A DNA stretch of 35,273 bases from Deltaproteobacteria bacterium (GTDB taxonomy: Bacteria; Myxococcota; JACRCW01), in contig JACRCW010000129.1 in assembly GCA_016218805.1 (NCBI GenBank), positions 1 through 35,273 of the forward strand, given 5' to 3'. Of the stretch, positions 10,417 through 20,023 are shown one piece after another. Under the pieces are notes generated by a model. That model saw only the letters and a list, made by a program, of their open reading frames with translations. It was not told the DNA's origin and searched no databases. Every line of letters begins with the position of its first letter. The first letter of the stretch is position 1. A program made the translations under genes and the position numbers.

Positions 10417-12813
10417 ATGGACAGACGCGGTGGGGTGGTGTGGCTGGCGACCTGCATCGCCTCCGCGCAGGCGTGGGCGGAGTCTGCGCCGTCACCCGCG
10501 CCCGCCCCGGCCCCGCAGAGCACGCCCGCGCCCGCCGGCGCCCCCGCACCGGCACCCGGGTCCACCGTGAAGGACGAAAAGGTCCTCTCCGCGCAGACGG
10601 TGGACACCGGCAGTGACGCCGCCAAGCAAGGCAAGTTTGCCGGGTTCATGGGCCTCAACCAGTCCTGGCTGGACACGCGCGTGTCTGACCGCAGTCCCAA
10701 CCTGTGGGGCCAGACCGGCGTGATGCGCGTGAACAGCGCCAACCCGGGCAAGGCCGGCTACTTTGACTTTGGGTTGCACGGCCGCGCGTTCTACACCGCG
10801 CGCGAGTTCCTGCCCGTCGTCACGCCGTTCATCACGGACTGCGCCCGCTATGACGGCGCGCGCAGCTGCGACCACTACGTCAACGGCTACATGTCCGGCT
10901 CCGGCACGTTTGGCGCCACGGTGCTGGACGGCTCATGGCTGCTGGGCGGCGTGGTGCCCACCCCCGGCGTTGAACTCTCACTGGCGGGCACCGCCTCCGC
11001 CAATGAGAACAGCGAGTCCCTCCCGCGCGTGCTGGTGTCGACGGGAAACCTGGGAGGCAGCGCCAAGCTGTCGCTGCCCATTGTGGTGTGGACGGCCGGC
11101 CTGGCGGAGCGCTTCAAGCTGTCCAAGCCGCTGGCGTGGGTGTTTCCCATCCCGCTGAGCTTTGGCGTGGACGGGCGCTTCTACCTGCCCACGCGCAACA
11201 GCGCGCTGGGCCCGCAGTTTGACAACTTCCAGCTGGTCCCCACCGCGCTGGCCACGGTGGATTTCTACGAAGTCCGCGGCTGGCCGTTCCGCGCGCACCT
11301 CAACGCGGGCTACAGCTTCCAGAACACGTGGGGCGTGGAGGAGAGCATCCGCAAGCCCGGCATTGCGGACGGCGCGGGGCGCTGGCTCACCGGTGCGCAG
11401 GGGCACCTGGCCGCCGTGGGCCTGGACTACAACTACCTGGACCGCGTCATGTACGGCGCCGCCGTGGAGATTCCGCTCCCCTTTGCCACGCCGTTCCTGG
11501 AGTACACCGGAGAAGTGCCCGTGCCCGCGCCGTGGAAGTGCGTGGCGGCCAGCGCCGGCACGGGGGGCGAGTGCTCGCATTCGTTTGCTGACGCGAAGGT
11601 GGGCGGCAAGAGCGCCGTGGGCCCGGAGAACCCGTTCTTCAATCCCATTGCCTGGCCCTCCCGTGTGACGCCGGGCGTGCGCATCACGCCGGGCCGCGGG
11701 CTTGCGTTTGACGTGGCGCTGGACCTCACCGTGGGCGGGCGCTGGACCATTGTGGACGGGCTGGCCACGCAGGTCCCGTGGGCCGCGTGGGTGGGCGTGT
11801 CCTACGCGTTCAGCCCGTTCGTCGCCGAGACGCAGGTGGAGGTGCGCGAAGTGGAGCGCCGCATTGAGACGGTGCGCAGCGTCCCCGCGGTGAAAGCGGG
11901 CGGCCGTATTGCCGGGCGCGTGCTGGATGACAAGACCGGCAAGCCCGTACCGGATGCGCGGCTTTGGTTGCCGGGCCAGGGCCCGCGCTTTTTGGCCAAC
12001 GCGGACGGCACCTACGAGTCCTTCTTCATGGACCCGGGCATCTATGACATCACCGCGGAGGCGCCCGACTACGACAGCGCGACGGTGAAGACGGAGACGT
12101 TTGCCGGCCGCACGGTCACGCTGGACATCCGCCTCAAGCCCAACCCGCGCTTTGCCAGCTTCCGCGCCACCGTGGTCAATGAGAAGGACGAGGCGGTCCC
12201 CGCCACCATCATCCTGACCGACGCGCGCGGCGTGACGGTCACCGTGGACGCCAAGGACGGCACCGGCAGCGCGGAGATCCCGCCGGGCAAGTACAACGCC
12301 GTGGCCAAGGCGGACGGCTACCTGCTCAGCGGCAAGAACGTGGTGGCGGATGCGGGCGTGAAGACCGCGGAGTCCTTCCTGCTCAAGCCGGAACCCAAGA
12401 AACGCCTCACCACGCTCACGCGTGAAAAGATCGAAATCAAGAGCACCATCCCGTTTGAGTTCAACAAGGCGCGCCTGCTGACGGCGGCGTCCTTCATCCT
12501 GGACGAGGTGGTGGACACGCTGCTCAAGAATCCGCAGATCGGGAAGCTCCGCGTGGAGGGCCACACCGACAACACCGGCAACGCTGATTACAACCAGAAG
12601 CTCAGCCAGGCGCGCGCGGAAGCTGTGCGCGACTACCTGGTGCAGAACGGCGTGGCGTCGGAACGCCTGGAGGCCGCCGGGTTTGGTGACCAGCGTCCGG
12701 TGGCGCCCAACAACTCCGAGGCCGGGCGCGCCAAGAACCGCCGCGTGGACTTCGTCATCGTCTCCCAGGACGCCGGAGAACCCGGCGCTGAGGGCGGCGG
12801 CGCGCCGAAGTGA
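10417..12813 (+). CDS. Large OmpA-family outer-membrane protein (putative N-terminal barrel, carboxypeptidase-regulatory-like repeats, OmpA C-terminal domain)
   Basis: Signal peptide ending [17 protein letters not shown] repeat. [39 protein letters not shown] peptidoglycan-binding domain. GGAGG before the ATG at 10417. Confidence 0.9.
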   Translation: MDRRGGVVWLATCIASAQAWAESAPSPAPAPAPQSTPAPAGAPAPAPGSTVKDEKVLSAQTVDTGSDAAKQGKFAGFMGLNQSWLDTRVSDRSPNLWGQTGVMRVNSANPGKAGYFDFGLHGRAFYTAREFLPVVTPFITDCARYDGARSCDHYVNGYMSGSGTFGATVLDGSWLLGGVVPTPGVELSLAGTASANENSESLPRVLVSTGNLGGSAKLSLPIVVWTAGLAERFKLSKPLAWVFPIPLSFGVDGRFYLPTRNSALGPQFDNFQLVPTALATVDFYEVRGWPFRAHLNAGYSFQNTWGVEESIRKPGIADGAGRWLTGAQGHLAAVGLDYNYLDRVMYGAAVEIPLPFATPFLEYTGEVPVPAPWKCVAASAGTGGECSHSFADAKVGGKSAVGPENPFFNPIAWPSRVTPGVRITPGRGLAFDVALDLTVGGRWTIVDGLATQVPWAAWVGVSYAFSPFVAETQVEVREVERRIETVRSVPAVKAGGRIAGRVLDDKTGKPVPDARLWLPGQGPRFLANADGTYESFFMDPGIYDITAEAPDYDSATVKTETFAGRTVTLDIRLKPNPRFASFRATVVNEKDEAVPATIILTDARGVTVTVDAKDGTGSAEIPPGKYNAVAKADGYLLSGKNVVADAGVKTAESFLLKPEPKKRLTTLTREKIEIKSTIPFEFNKARLLTAASFILDEVVDTLLKNPQIGKLRVEGHTDNTGNADYNQKLSQARAEAVRDYLVQNGVASERLEAAGFGDQRPVAPNNSEAGRAKNRRVDFVIVSQDAGEPGAEGGGAPK

Positions 12814-12822
12814 GGTGAGGCA

Positions 12823-14139
12823 GTGAGCGGACCCGAGCGTACCGTCCTGTTTGTCTACAACACCGGGACGGTGGCACGCCTGGTGGGCAAGGGCAGCCTC
12901 AAGGGGAAGAACTGGACCCTGGGGGCGGGCACCTTCACCATTGGCCGCGAGCCCACCAACAACCTGGTGCTGGACAACGAGCCCGGCGTCTCCAAGGTGC
13001 ACTGCAAGGTCACGCTGGAAGACGGCGCGTACGTGGTGCTGGACGCGGAGAGCCGCAACGGCACGCTGGTCAATGGCACGCCCGTCAAGAAGTCCGTGCT
13101 CAAGAACGGTGACGAGATCCGCATCTGCAACGTGGTGCTCGGCTTTGAGTCGCGTTCGCTGGGCGGGGACGACGCCACGCCGGCCGCCGCGGAGACCACC
13201 GAGCGGCTCACCAGCGCCACCCGGCGCGCCGCGCAGGAGGCGGCGCGCGGGGACCCGGGCGGTTCGGTGTGGCCGTGGATGGCGTTTGGGATGCTGCTGT
13301 TCTTTGGCGCGGCGGGCGGCGCCGCCTGGTACCTGGGATTCCTGGACGGCCTGCTGGGCACGCAGGAGAGCGCGCCCGCGGGGGACACGCCGCCGCCCAC
13401 GGACCTTCCCAAGGACGTGCCGCCGCCCACACCGCCGGCCGTGAAGGGCCGCGCCGCCTCCGCGGACGCACCGCTGGTGACCCCGCCGCCCCGGGAGAAG
13501 GACCCGGCGCCCGCACCCGCCGCTGCGGCGGAGATCATGGGGACGTTGTTGCTGGTCCAGCCCGGCGGCGCGGACGCGTCCGGCCGGCTGGAGGTGAAGC
13601 ACACCCTGACCGCGCGCGTCCGGGACATCCCGGCCAAGCAGGGCGCGGTGGTGAAGAAGGGCCAGGTGCTGTTCACCTACGACGATGCGGAGGCCATGCG
13701 GCGCCTGTCCACCGCGCGCGAGGTCTACAACCAGCTCAAGGAGGTGGTGGCGGCGCAGGACACGGACCGCGCACGCAAAGCGCTGGCCGAGGCAAAAGCC
13801 GACCTGGACCGCGCGCAGTCGGGCGCCAGCAGCCTGCGGGTGACCGCACCCGCGGACGGGACGCTGGCGGAGCTGACGGCGGAAGAAGGCAAGCGCGCAT
13901 CCAAGGGCACCGTGGCGTTGGTGCTGACCACCGGCGGCGGGACCCCGGCGTGGACCGTGGCGTTCAAGGTGCCGGAGGGCCAGAAGCTTGCGGCGGGTGC
14001 GGCGGTGCTGGTGGTGCTGGGGGGGAAGTCCCTGCCGGCCACCGTGTCCAAGGTGACGGACGGGGAGGCCACGGCAACGCTGGACCGCGAACCGCCGGGC
14101 GCCCGCGATGGCCTGCAGGTCACCATCAAGCTGCCCTGA
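12823..14139 (+). CDS. FHA domain + TM + HlyD/biotinyl-lipoyl-like periplasmic adaptor domain protein
   Basis: FHA motifs IGRE..VSKVH..SRNGTLVNG..LKNGDEI. TM segment WPWMAFGMLLFFGAAGGAAWYLG. Then KQGAVVKKGQVLF-helical hairpin-VTAPADGTL barrel-sandwich pattern. Confidence 0.85.
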   Translation: MSGPERTVLFVYNTGTVARLVGKGSLKGKNWTLGAGTFTIGREPTNNLVLDNEPGVSKVHCKVTLEDGAYVVLDAESRNGTLVNGTPVKKSVLKNGDEIRICNVVLGFESRSLGGDDATPAAAETTERLTSATRRAAQEAARGDPGGSVWPWMAFGMLLFFGAAGGAAWYLGFLDGLLGTQESAPAGDTPPPTDLPKDVPPPTPPAVKGRAASADAPLVTPPPREKDPAPAPAAAAEIMGTLLLVQPGGADASGRLEVKHTLTARVRDIPAKQGAVVKKGQVLFTYDDAEAMRRLSTAREVYNQLKEVVAAQDTDRARKALAEAKADLDRAQSGASSLRVTAPADGTLAELTAEEGKRASKGTVALVLTTGGGTPAWTVAFKVPEGQKLAAGAAVLVVLGGKSLPATVSKVTDGEATATLDREPPGARDGLQVTIKLP

Positions 14140-14154
14140 CGGGTGGTGTCCAGC

Positions 14155-15165
14155 TCATTCGTCCACGACGGCGAGGAACATGTCCGCCAGCACGCCGTGC
14201 CCCGTGGGGGTGGGGTGGATGCACGTGAGGTCAAACCACCGCTCCGTCCCCGGGCCGCGGTAGCAGCGCGCCGCGCTGTCCGTGTTGTGGAAGCCGTGCC
14301 CGCAGAAGGTCTCCTGCAGGAACAGCAGGTCAGCCCCGGTCTCCACCGCCACGCGCATCAGCTGCGAGTTGGTCCACAGCAGGATCTCCGGCCCGTCCGG
14401 CCAGCGTTCGGTGATGGTCAGCAGGCGCGCGCCGGGGCAGGACAGCACGTCGCCCGTGCCGTCGGTGTATTCGTAGATGTTCGCAAAGATGACGTCGCTG
14501 CCGCTGGGGAACCGCGCCGGGTCCTTGAGCCAGCGCAACGCCGCCTCAAATGCCGCCACCGTCGCCTCCGCCTGCGGGCGCATCTCGCTCATGGGCGCGC
14601 CCGCGCTGCCGGCGCGCGTCATGTCCGCAAAGTCATTCCCGCCCATGGTGAACACCACCAGCGTGCGCCGCGAGTCGATGGCGTGCGGGAAGCACGGCGG
14701 CAGCTGCGCGTTGTCCCCGCTGAAGAAATCGCGCGAGCGCGCGCCCACGCGGCTGCAGTCAGACACCTCCAGCCCGGCGCCAAACCGCGCGCGCAGGCCC
14801 TCCGTCACGCGCGCACGGTACAGCTGCGCGGGGAGCGTGGGCGGTGTGCCCGCCGTGACCGAATCCCCCAGGAACACCAGCCGCTCCACGTCACGGATGT
14901 CCTGGTGGTTGGTCCCCAGGCAGTGCGACCCCACGCGCGGGTGGAACGGGTCGTATTCGGGGTTGATGAGCTCGGGGTGCCAGATCTCCGGGAAGCACGT
15001 GGGTCCCACGCCGTTGCCCGCGTCCGGGCGGGGGCCGGCGTCCTGCGCGGCGCCGCCGTGCGCGGGCGCGGGGGCGCGCGGGTCCACCCACGCCACGGTG
15101 GGCAGCCCGGGACACCCCAGGAACACCAGCGCCAGCACGGTGACGACGGTCCGCACGCGCCGCAT
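14155..15165 (-). CDS. SGNH/GDSL hydrolase, probable lipoprotein
   Basis: VFLGDSVTAG, TMGGND and CIHPT catalytic blocks. Lipobox-like VFLGC. Confidence 0.88.
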   Translation of the reverse strand: MRRVRTVVTVLALVFLGCPGLPTVAWVDPRAPAPAHGGAAQDAGPRPDAGNGVGPTCFPEIWHPELINPEYDPFHPRVGSHCLGTNHQDIRDVERLVFLGDSVTAGTPPTLPAQLYRARVTEGLRARFGAGLEVSDCSRVGARSRDFFSGDNAQLPPCFPHAIDSRRTLVVFTMGGNDFADMTRAGSAGAPMSEMRPQAEATVAAFEAALRWLKDPARFPSGSDVIFANIYEYTDGTGDVLSCPGARLLTITERWPDGPEILLWTNSQLMRVAVETGADLLFLQETFCGHGFHNTDSAARCYRGPGTERWFDLTCIHPTPTGHGVLADMFLAVVDE

Positions 15166-15239
15166 CCTAGCGCCGCCCCGCCGGCAGTGGCGGCCCGGGC
15201 GGACTGCGGTTACACCGGCGCCCCCTTCCGGAGGTGTCC

Positions 15240-15794
15240 ATGCTTGCCCTGCTCCCCGTTGCCCTTGCACTCCAACTCGCCGCCGCGCCTGACACACAGA
15301 AGCCCACCGTCAAGGCCGTCATCAAGACGTCCATGGGTGTCATTGAGCTCGAATTGGATCGCAAGAAGGCCCCGCTGTCCGTCGACAATTTTGTGAAATA
15401 CGCGAAGGACGGGCAGTACACCAAGACCATCTTCCACCGCGTCATCAGCAACTTCATGATCCAGGGCGGCGGCCTGGATGACAAGATGAAGGATCGGCCC
15501 GTGCGCGCGCCGGTGCCCAACGAAAGCCTCAATGGCCTGCAGAACCTGCGTGGCACCATTGCCATGGCGCGCACGTCCAACCCGGATTCCGCCACGTGCC
15601 AGTTCTACATCAACCTCAAGGACAACAACTTCCTGGACGGCCAGGTGGGCAAGCCCGGGTACACGGTGTTCGGCAAGGTGGTGAAGGGCATGGACGTGGT
15701 GGACAAGATTGCCGCGTCCCGGACCGGCAACGCGGGCGGCATGCCGGATGTCCCGGTGGCCCCCGTCTACATTGAGTCCGTCACCGTGGAATGA
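15240..15794 (+). CDS. Cyclophilin-type peptidyl-prolyl cis-trans isomerase (periplasmic PpiA-like)
   Basis: FHRVISNFMIQGGG, GTIAMART, SATCQFYIN, YTVFGKV, plus a signal peptide. Start is 15234 (GTG) or 15240 (ATG, GGAGG upstream). Confidence 0.96.
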   Translation: MLALLPVALALQLAAAPDTQKPTVKAVIKTSMGVIELELDRKKAPLSVDNFVKYAKDGQYTKTIFHRVISNFMIQGGGLDDKMKDRPVRAPVPNESLNGLQNLRGTIAMARTSNPDSATCQFYINLKDNNFLDGQVGKPGYTVFGKVVKGMDVVDKIAASRTGNAGGMPDVPVAPVYIESVTVE

Positions 15795-16395
15795 GCGCCG
15801 GCCGCGCACCGGTGGGGTGCTGCCGGGACGCGGTGATGATCAGGTCCACGCGCTCGTCATGCGCGGCGGTGGGGACGGATGCGTACAGGCAGTGTTCCCA
15901 CGTGATGGCCACGCGCAGCGCCGCGGGAATCCGCGCCAGCGTCCGGTCATAGCAGCCCTTGCCCCGGCCCAGCCGCCGCCCGTCCGCGCTGAACGCCAGT
16001 CCGGGCACCAGCACCGCGGTGACCTGCGCGTCGTCGGCGGGCGGCCCCGCCGGCGCGGGCATACCCAGCGCGTCCGGCAGCAACGGTGCGGCACCGTCCC
16101 AGGTCACCCACGCCAGGCCGTGGTCCGCCCGCGTGCGCACCAGCGCCAGGCGCGCACCCAGGAACGCAAACAGCGCCTGCAGCGGGACTTCGGTGGGGAG
16201 CGGAACGTACGCGGCCACCAGGCCGTGCGCCGGCAGCACCCCGGCCGCCAGCAGGCAACGCGTGGCGGCATCCCCCGGCGTTCCCGCCGCCCGCGCGCGG
16301 CGAGCGTCCTCACGCGCGCGGGCCCGCGCCGCCGCCTTGTCAGCCGGCAGGTGGTCCGCGGGCCAGGGGATTTCAGGGGTATTGCCGGGAATCAG
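15781..16395 (-). CDS. 5-formyltetrahydrofolate cyclo-ligase; start uncertain (non-canonical CTG at 16395 or 16350)
   Basis: VLVPGLAFSADGRRLGRGKGCYDR and HDERVDLIIT motifs. The frame is open upstream of the GTG at 16239 and encodes the family's N-terminal helix DKAAARARAREDARRAR. Confidence 0.85.
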   Translation of the reverse strand: MIPGNTPEIPWPADHLPADKAAARARAREDARRARAAGTPGDAATRCLLAAGVLPAHGLVAAYVPLPTEVPLQALFAFLGARLALVRTRADHGLAWVTWDGAAPLLPDALGMPAPAGPPADDAQVTAVLVPGLAFSADGRRLGRGKGCYDRTLARIPAALRVAITWEHCLYASVPTAAHDERVDLIITASRQHPTGARPALIPR

Positions 16396-16754
16396 GCCTT
16401 GGCCTCGCGCGCGTGGGAGGCGTGCGGCAACTCGCTGTCCCGCAGCAGTGCGGCGCGGCTGGCCAGGGCGTTCTCAATGGCACGCAACAGGTGCTCGCCC
16501 TTGTGCGCCACCTTGGCGCGGAACTCCTTGCCCTCGCTCTGCATGTTGAAGAGCTCATCCGCAATGTTCATGGCGGCCAGCAGGGCGATCTGGTGGGTGG
16601 GCACGCTGGGCTTGCTCACGCGCTGCAGGTCCTTGACGTGGCGCTCCACGTACGCAGCCAGCTGCTGGATGTGGGCCTCGGCGTGCTCGCTGCGGATGTT
16701 GAGCTTCTGTCCCGCCAGCGTCACCGTCACGCTCCCGACCTTCCGTCCGCTCAT
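16392..16754 (-). CDS. zapA: Cell division protein ZapA
   Basis: VTVTLAGQKLNIRS..HIQQLAAYVE..IALLAAMNIADELF. Conserved linkage to 5-FTHF cyclo-ligase. Confidence 0.92.
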   Translation of the reverse strand: MSGRKVGSVTVTLAGQKLNIRSEHAEAHIQQLAAYVERHVKDLQRVSKPSVPTHQIALLAAMNIADELFNMQSEGKEFRAKVAHKGEHLLRAIENALASRAALLRDSELPHASHAREAKA

Positions 16755-16978
16755 GCCCGCCGCTCCCGTTGCTGTTGCGCTTCACCGTCCCCTGCGGTGA
16801 TGCATCACGTTCGGCACGCTACCGGCCTGCGTGATCGCCGGGCAAGCGCGCGGCGGCCGGTATGGGGCGGTTGCATTTTCCAGCGCGGGCTGTTCCATGC
16901 TCCGCGCGCGGTCTGCATGCGCGGGGTTGACGGAAGACGGCGCGCTGTGCCTGCGCCGCGTTTGTGTGGGAGGCAAGA

Positions 16979-18064
16979 ATGAGGTGGACCTGGCTGGTGC
17001 TGTGGATCGTCGTCGAGGGAAGCGCGCGCGCCGCCATAGGCGGCACCTACCAGACGCCGCTGGGCGACATGACGATCACGCGCAAGGGCAGCAACGTGGT
17101 GGCCGTGGCGGCCGGTGACGGCGGTCCGTGCGGCTACAAGAAGGGCCAGCCGGTGCTCAAGGGCGCGGTGATGGATGACAGCGTGACGGGGAAGCTCACC
17201 GTGTGCACCGAGGGCTGCGGCGTGCAGGAAGCGTTTGTGGTGCTGCTGATTGCCCGCGGTGGCGCGCTGCTGTCCGGCGCCGTCCAACTGAAGAACAAGG
17301 CGTGCAAGCTCCCGCTGGAGGGGAAGGGCATTGCGTTGGCCAGGGTGGCGGGAAAGAAGGGCAAGGGCGCGCCGGTGGCGCGGGCCGCGCGGGTGAAGGG
17401 CAAGCAGGCCCCCGCCGCGGCGCCGGACAAGGCGCCCCGGGGCAAGCAGGGTGCCACGGAAACACCGGACGCGCCGGTGGCGGCCGCGGCGCCGGCCACG
17501 GAGGCGGAGGTGGCGGCAAAGTTTGACGACTGGAACCCCGACGCGGCGACCTCCGGTGCACCCGCGGACCGGGCCGAGGCGCTGCGGCGCGGGCAGGAGG
17601 CGTACAAGCTGATGGAGGGCGGCCAGTTTGAAGCGGCGCGGCCCGCGTTGATGGCGGCACTGCGCGCGGATCCCGGTTACGCCGAGGGCTACACGATGAT
17701 GGGCGCCACCTTCTACGCGCGCGACGCGTACGACGACGCGCTGGACTGGTACAAGAAGGCGCTCACGGCCAACCCGGACTTTGGGGACGCGTATTACAAC
17801 ATTGCGTGCATTTACTCGGTGGAGGGGAAGAAACCGCTGGCGCTCAAGTACCTGCGCATTGCGCTGCTCAACGGATACACGCAGGCGGCCGCCATGGAGA
17901 AGGACCCTGACCTGGACCCGCTGCGCGCCGAGCCGGAATACGCGGAGATCATGAAACTGCTGGAGGCGCCGGCTTCCGCCGCGCCCGTCCCAGATGGCGG
18001 CACGCCGGCCGCCGTCGCGCCCGCCCCGGAGGACGGCGGCGCGCCGGATGCCGGCCGGGACTAG
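16979..18064 (+). CDS. Secreted TPR-repeat protein (Cys-containing N-terminal beta domain, C-terminal TPRs)
   Basis: Signal peptide. TPRs YAEGYTMMGATFY..ALDWYKKAL..DAYYNIACIYS..ALKYLRIAL..DPDLDPLR. GGGAGG RBS. Confidence 0.85.
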   Translation: MRWTWLVLWIVVEGSARAAIGGTYQTPLGDMTITRKGSNVVAVAAGDGGPCGYKKGQPVLKGAVMDDSVTGKLTVCTEGCGVQEAFVVLLIARGGALLSGAVQLKNKACKLPLEGKGIALARVAGKKGKGAPVARAARVKGKQAPAAAPDKAPRGKQGATETPDAPVAAAAPATEAEVAAKFDDWNPDAATSGAPADRAEALRRGQEAYKLMEGGQFEAARPALMAALRADPGYAEGYTMMGATFYARDAYDDALDWYKKALTANPDFGDAYYNIACIYSVEGKKPLALKYLRIALLNGYTQAAAMEKDPDLDPLRAEPEYAEIMKLLEAPASAAPVPDGGTPAAVAPAPEDGGAPDAGRD

Positions 18065-18615
18065 CGGATGATCTCAGCCACGCGCAGCAACTCCGCGTCA
18101 TAGGCTACGGACTCCGCCCGCGCGGCGGCCAGGTTGACCGACAGTCCCGGCTTGCCCCGCCGCTCCGACAGGGCCACGCCCAACCCACCCCGGACCAGTT
18201 CCCGGCTGCCCGTGAAGGTGGCGATGCTGAGGCGCCGCGCCACGCTGCTCAGCGCGGTGACGTCATCCTCCAGCCCGGTGCACACGTAGAGCGCCACCAC
18301 GCGTTGGCGCACCGCCACCTCCTCCAGTGCCTCCGCGCTGCGGAACGCCAGGGGCACCCCGCGGAACGGCCGGTTGACCAGCGTCAGCCGGCTGGCCAGG
18401 GCGGCCAGGGCTTCCAGGGTGGCCTGGGCCTCCGCTTCGGACTGCGGATCACCGGGGCGCCAGGTCACGCCAATCTCCACGGTGGGACCCGCGCGCTGCG
18501 GCAACGCGCGGTGGTAGGCCAGCACCTTGACCATCAGCAGGACGCGCACGTCCGGCGGCAGGCCCCCCGCCGGGACGGTGGCCAACAGCAACCCGGCCAG
18601 CAGGCGCGCCGCCAT
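18061..18615 (-). CDS. YfiR/DUF4154 family periplasmic protein
   Basis: LLMVKVLAYHRAL, TFTGSRELVRGGLGVAL, VNLAAARAESVAYDAELLRVAEII C-terminal pattern. ATG 1 nt after the upstream gene's stop. Confidence 0.8.
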   Translation of the reverse strand: MAARLLAGLLLATVPAGGLPPDVRVLLMVKVLAYHRALPQRAGPTVEIGVTWRPGDPQSEAEAQATLEALAALASRLTLVNRPFRGVPLAFRSAEALEEVAVRQRVVALYVCTGLEDDVTALSSVARRLSIATFTGSRELVRGGLGVALSERRGKPGLSVNLAAARAESVAYDAELLRVAEIIR

Positions 18616-18616
18616 G

Positions 18617-19969
18617 TCAGAACCCGACCGCCGCCTGCGCAAACAGCCCCAGGTCCAGACGGCCCTGGTCATCCAGGGCGGTGGCGCCTTCCAGCTTCAG
18701 CATGGTGCGGGGGGCTTTCACCGGCAGCGGGTAGAGCACCACGCCGCTGAGCAACCGGAACTGGGATGCGCCGGGCACACCGCGCCAGAAGTCCGCCCCG
18801 CGGGACCGCGTGCTCACGCGCGTCACCACGTCCACCTGCGTGTACGGCTCCAGCGCCGGCCGGATGCGGTAGGCAAACAGTGCGTACGCCCCGCCGGACA
18901 CCAGCGCGTTGAACAACGGCCCCGGGCCAAGCAGTCCGGAGACCTCCTGGTGCGCCAGCGCGGCCTCCGCGCGGAAGGTCACCGGCCCGTTCTGCAGCGT
19001 GAGGTCCCCGTCCAGCAGCGTCAGCCGCCGGCGGGCGTTGACCGTGTACGCCCCGGTGTACGCGGACACTCCCAGCGCCAGGCCGCGCGGCAGCCCCACG
19101 CCCAGCCGCCCGCCCACCGCCTTGTCCGGGTGGTTGCGGTCAAAGTGGTTGCCCCGCATGGACCGGATGGCGCCGCCCTCCGCCACCACGCTGTCCTGTT
19201 CGCCCTGGTCCAGGCGCTTGTCCGCCTGTTCCAGGCCGTTGACCACGTAGGCCGCGTAGTTCACGTCCACGCCGCTGACCAACGGGAAGTGCCCGCGCAC
19301 CTGCACGCCGGATTCGGACCAGATGGACGGAATCACCACCCGCGTCACCAGCGGGGCCGCGGCGGTGCGCCGCAGGAAGTCCGGGTAGAGGTATTCGTTG
19401 AACGCCCCAATGGGCACCGGGAACAGGCCCGCCCGCACCACCAGCCAGTCCCACGCTTTCATGTCCACGTAGCCCCACGGTACGTACACCTCAAAACCGG
19501 AGTGCTCCCACTCCACGGCAAACTCCGGGTAGAAACGATCCAACACGCTGGCGCGCAGGATGGTGGTGGCGTGGTGCAGCTCAAAATGGGAGCTGCCGCC
19601 CAGTTGCTTCTGGCGTTCAGACCAGGGCGCGGGTTGGGCCAGGGCCAGCGTCCGCGTGCCCACGTCCGCAAAGTCCGCCGTGGCCTCCGCGGTCACAAAG
19701 CCATGCAGCTCCACCACCAGGCCTTGTTCGGCCAGGCGCAAGCCGTAACCGCCCACCTCACCGCCGCGGATGTCCCGCTGCAGCAGGTCCTCCAGGCGCA
19801 CGGTCTCCACGGGCACAAGGGCCGGTGTTGCAGGGTCCCCAGGGCCGGGGTCGGCCGCGGCTGGGGGGGCTGTGTCCGACGCGGGCGGCGCCTCCGCACG
19901 CGCTCCGGCCCCCAGCAGCAGCGCCCCCAACGCTGCCGCGCCCCCCCAGCCACCAAGTTTTTCGAGCAT
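18617..19969 (-). CDS. Outer-membrane beta-barrel/porin-like protein
   Basis: Signal peptide, alternating amphipathic strands (VRAGLFPVPIGAFNE, WSESGVQVRG, YAAYVVNG, DKAVGGRLG), C-terminal QAAVGF. Confidence 0.8.
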   Translation of the reverse strand: MLEKLGGWGGAAALGALLLGAGARAEAPPASDTAPPAAADPGPGDPATPALVPVETVRLEDLLQRDIRGGEVGGYGLRLAEQGLVVELHGFVTAEATADFADVGTRTLALAQPAPWSERQKQLGGSSHFELHHATTILRASVLDRFYPEFAVEWEHSGFEVYVPWGYVDMKAWDWLVVRAGLFPVPIGAFNEYLYPDFLRRTAAAPLVTRVVIPSIWSESGVQVRGHFPLVSGVDVNYAAYVVNGLEQADKRLDQGEQDSVVAEGGAIRSMRGNHFDRNHPDKAVGGRLGVGLPRGLALGVSAYTGAYTVNARRRLTLLDGDLTLQNGPVTFRAEAALAHQEVSGLLGPGPLFNALVSGGAYALFAYRIRPALEPYTQVDVVTRVSTRSRGADFWRGVPGASQFRLLSGVVLYPLPVKAPRTMLKLEGATALDDQGRLDLGLFAQAAVGF

Positions 19970-20023
19970 GGTCGCGGGCTGTAGCGTTGAGCCACGGCCC
20001 GCGCCAGCGCCAGATCCCCGGTC

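Noticed and set aside
10978..13602. 874-aa minus-strand ORF and many other long antisense or alternate-frame ORFs (e.g. 24692-26383, 32589-34487, 18527-19984)
   Set aside because: Shadow ORFs of GC-rich coding genes. They are Arg/Gly/His-rich, lack motifs, and overlap well-supported CDSs.
16755..16978. Relocated 6S RNA upstream of zapA
   Set aside because: The length would fit, but I could not find the long terminal stem and central bubble. It is more simply a divergent promoter region; an Infernal scan is needed.
19985..20015. Sigma54 promoter for the porin gene (CTGGCGCGGGCCGTGGC, minus strand)
   Set aside because: GG-to-GC spacing is 11 rather than the obligatory 10 nt.
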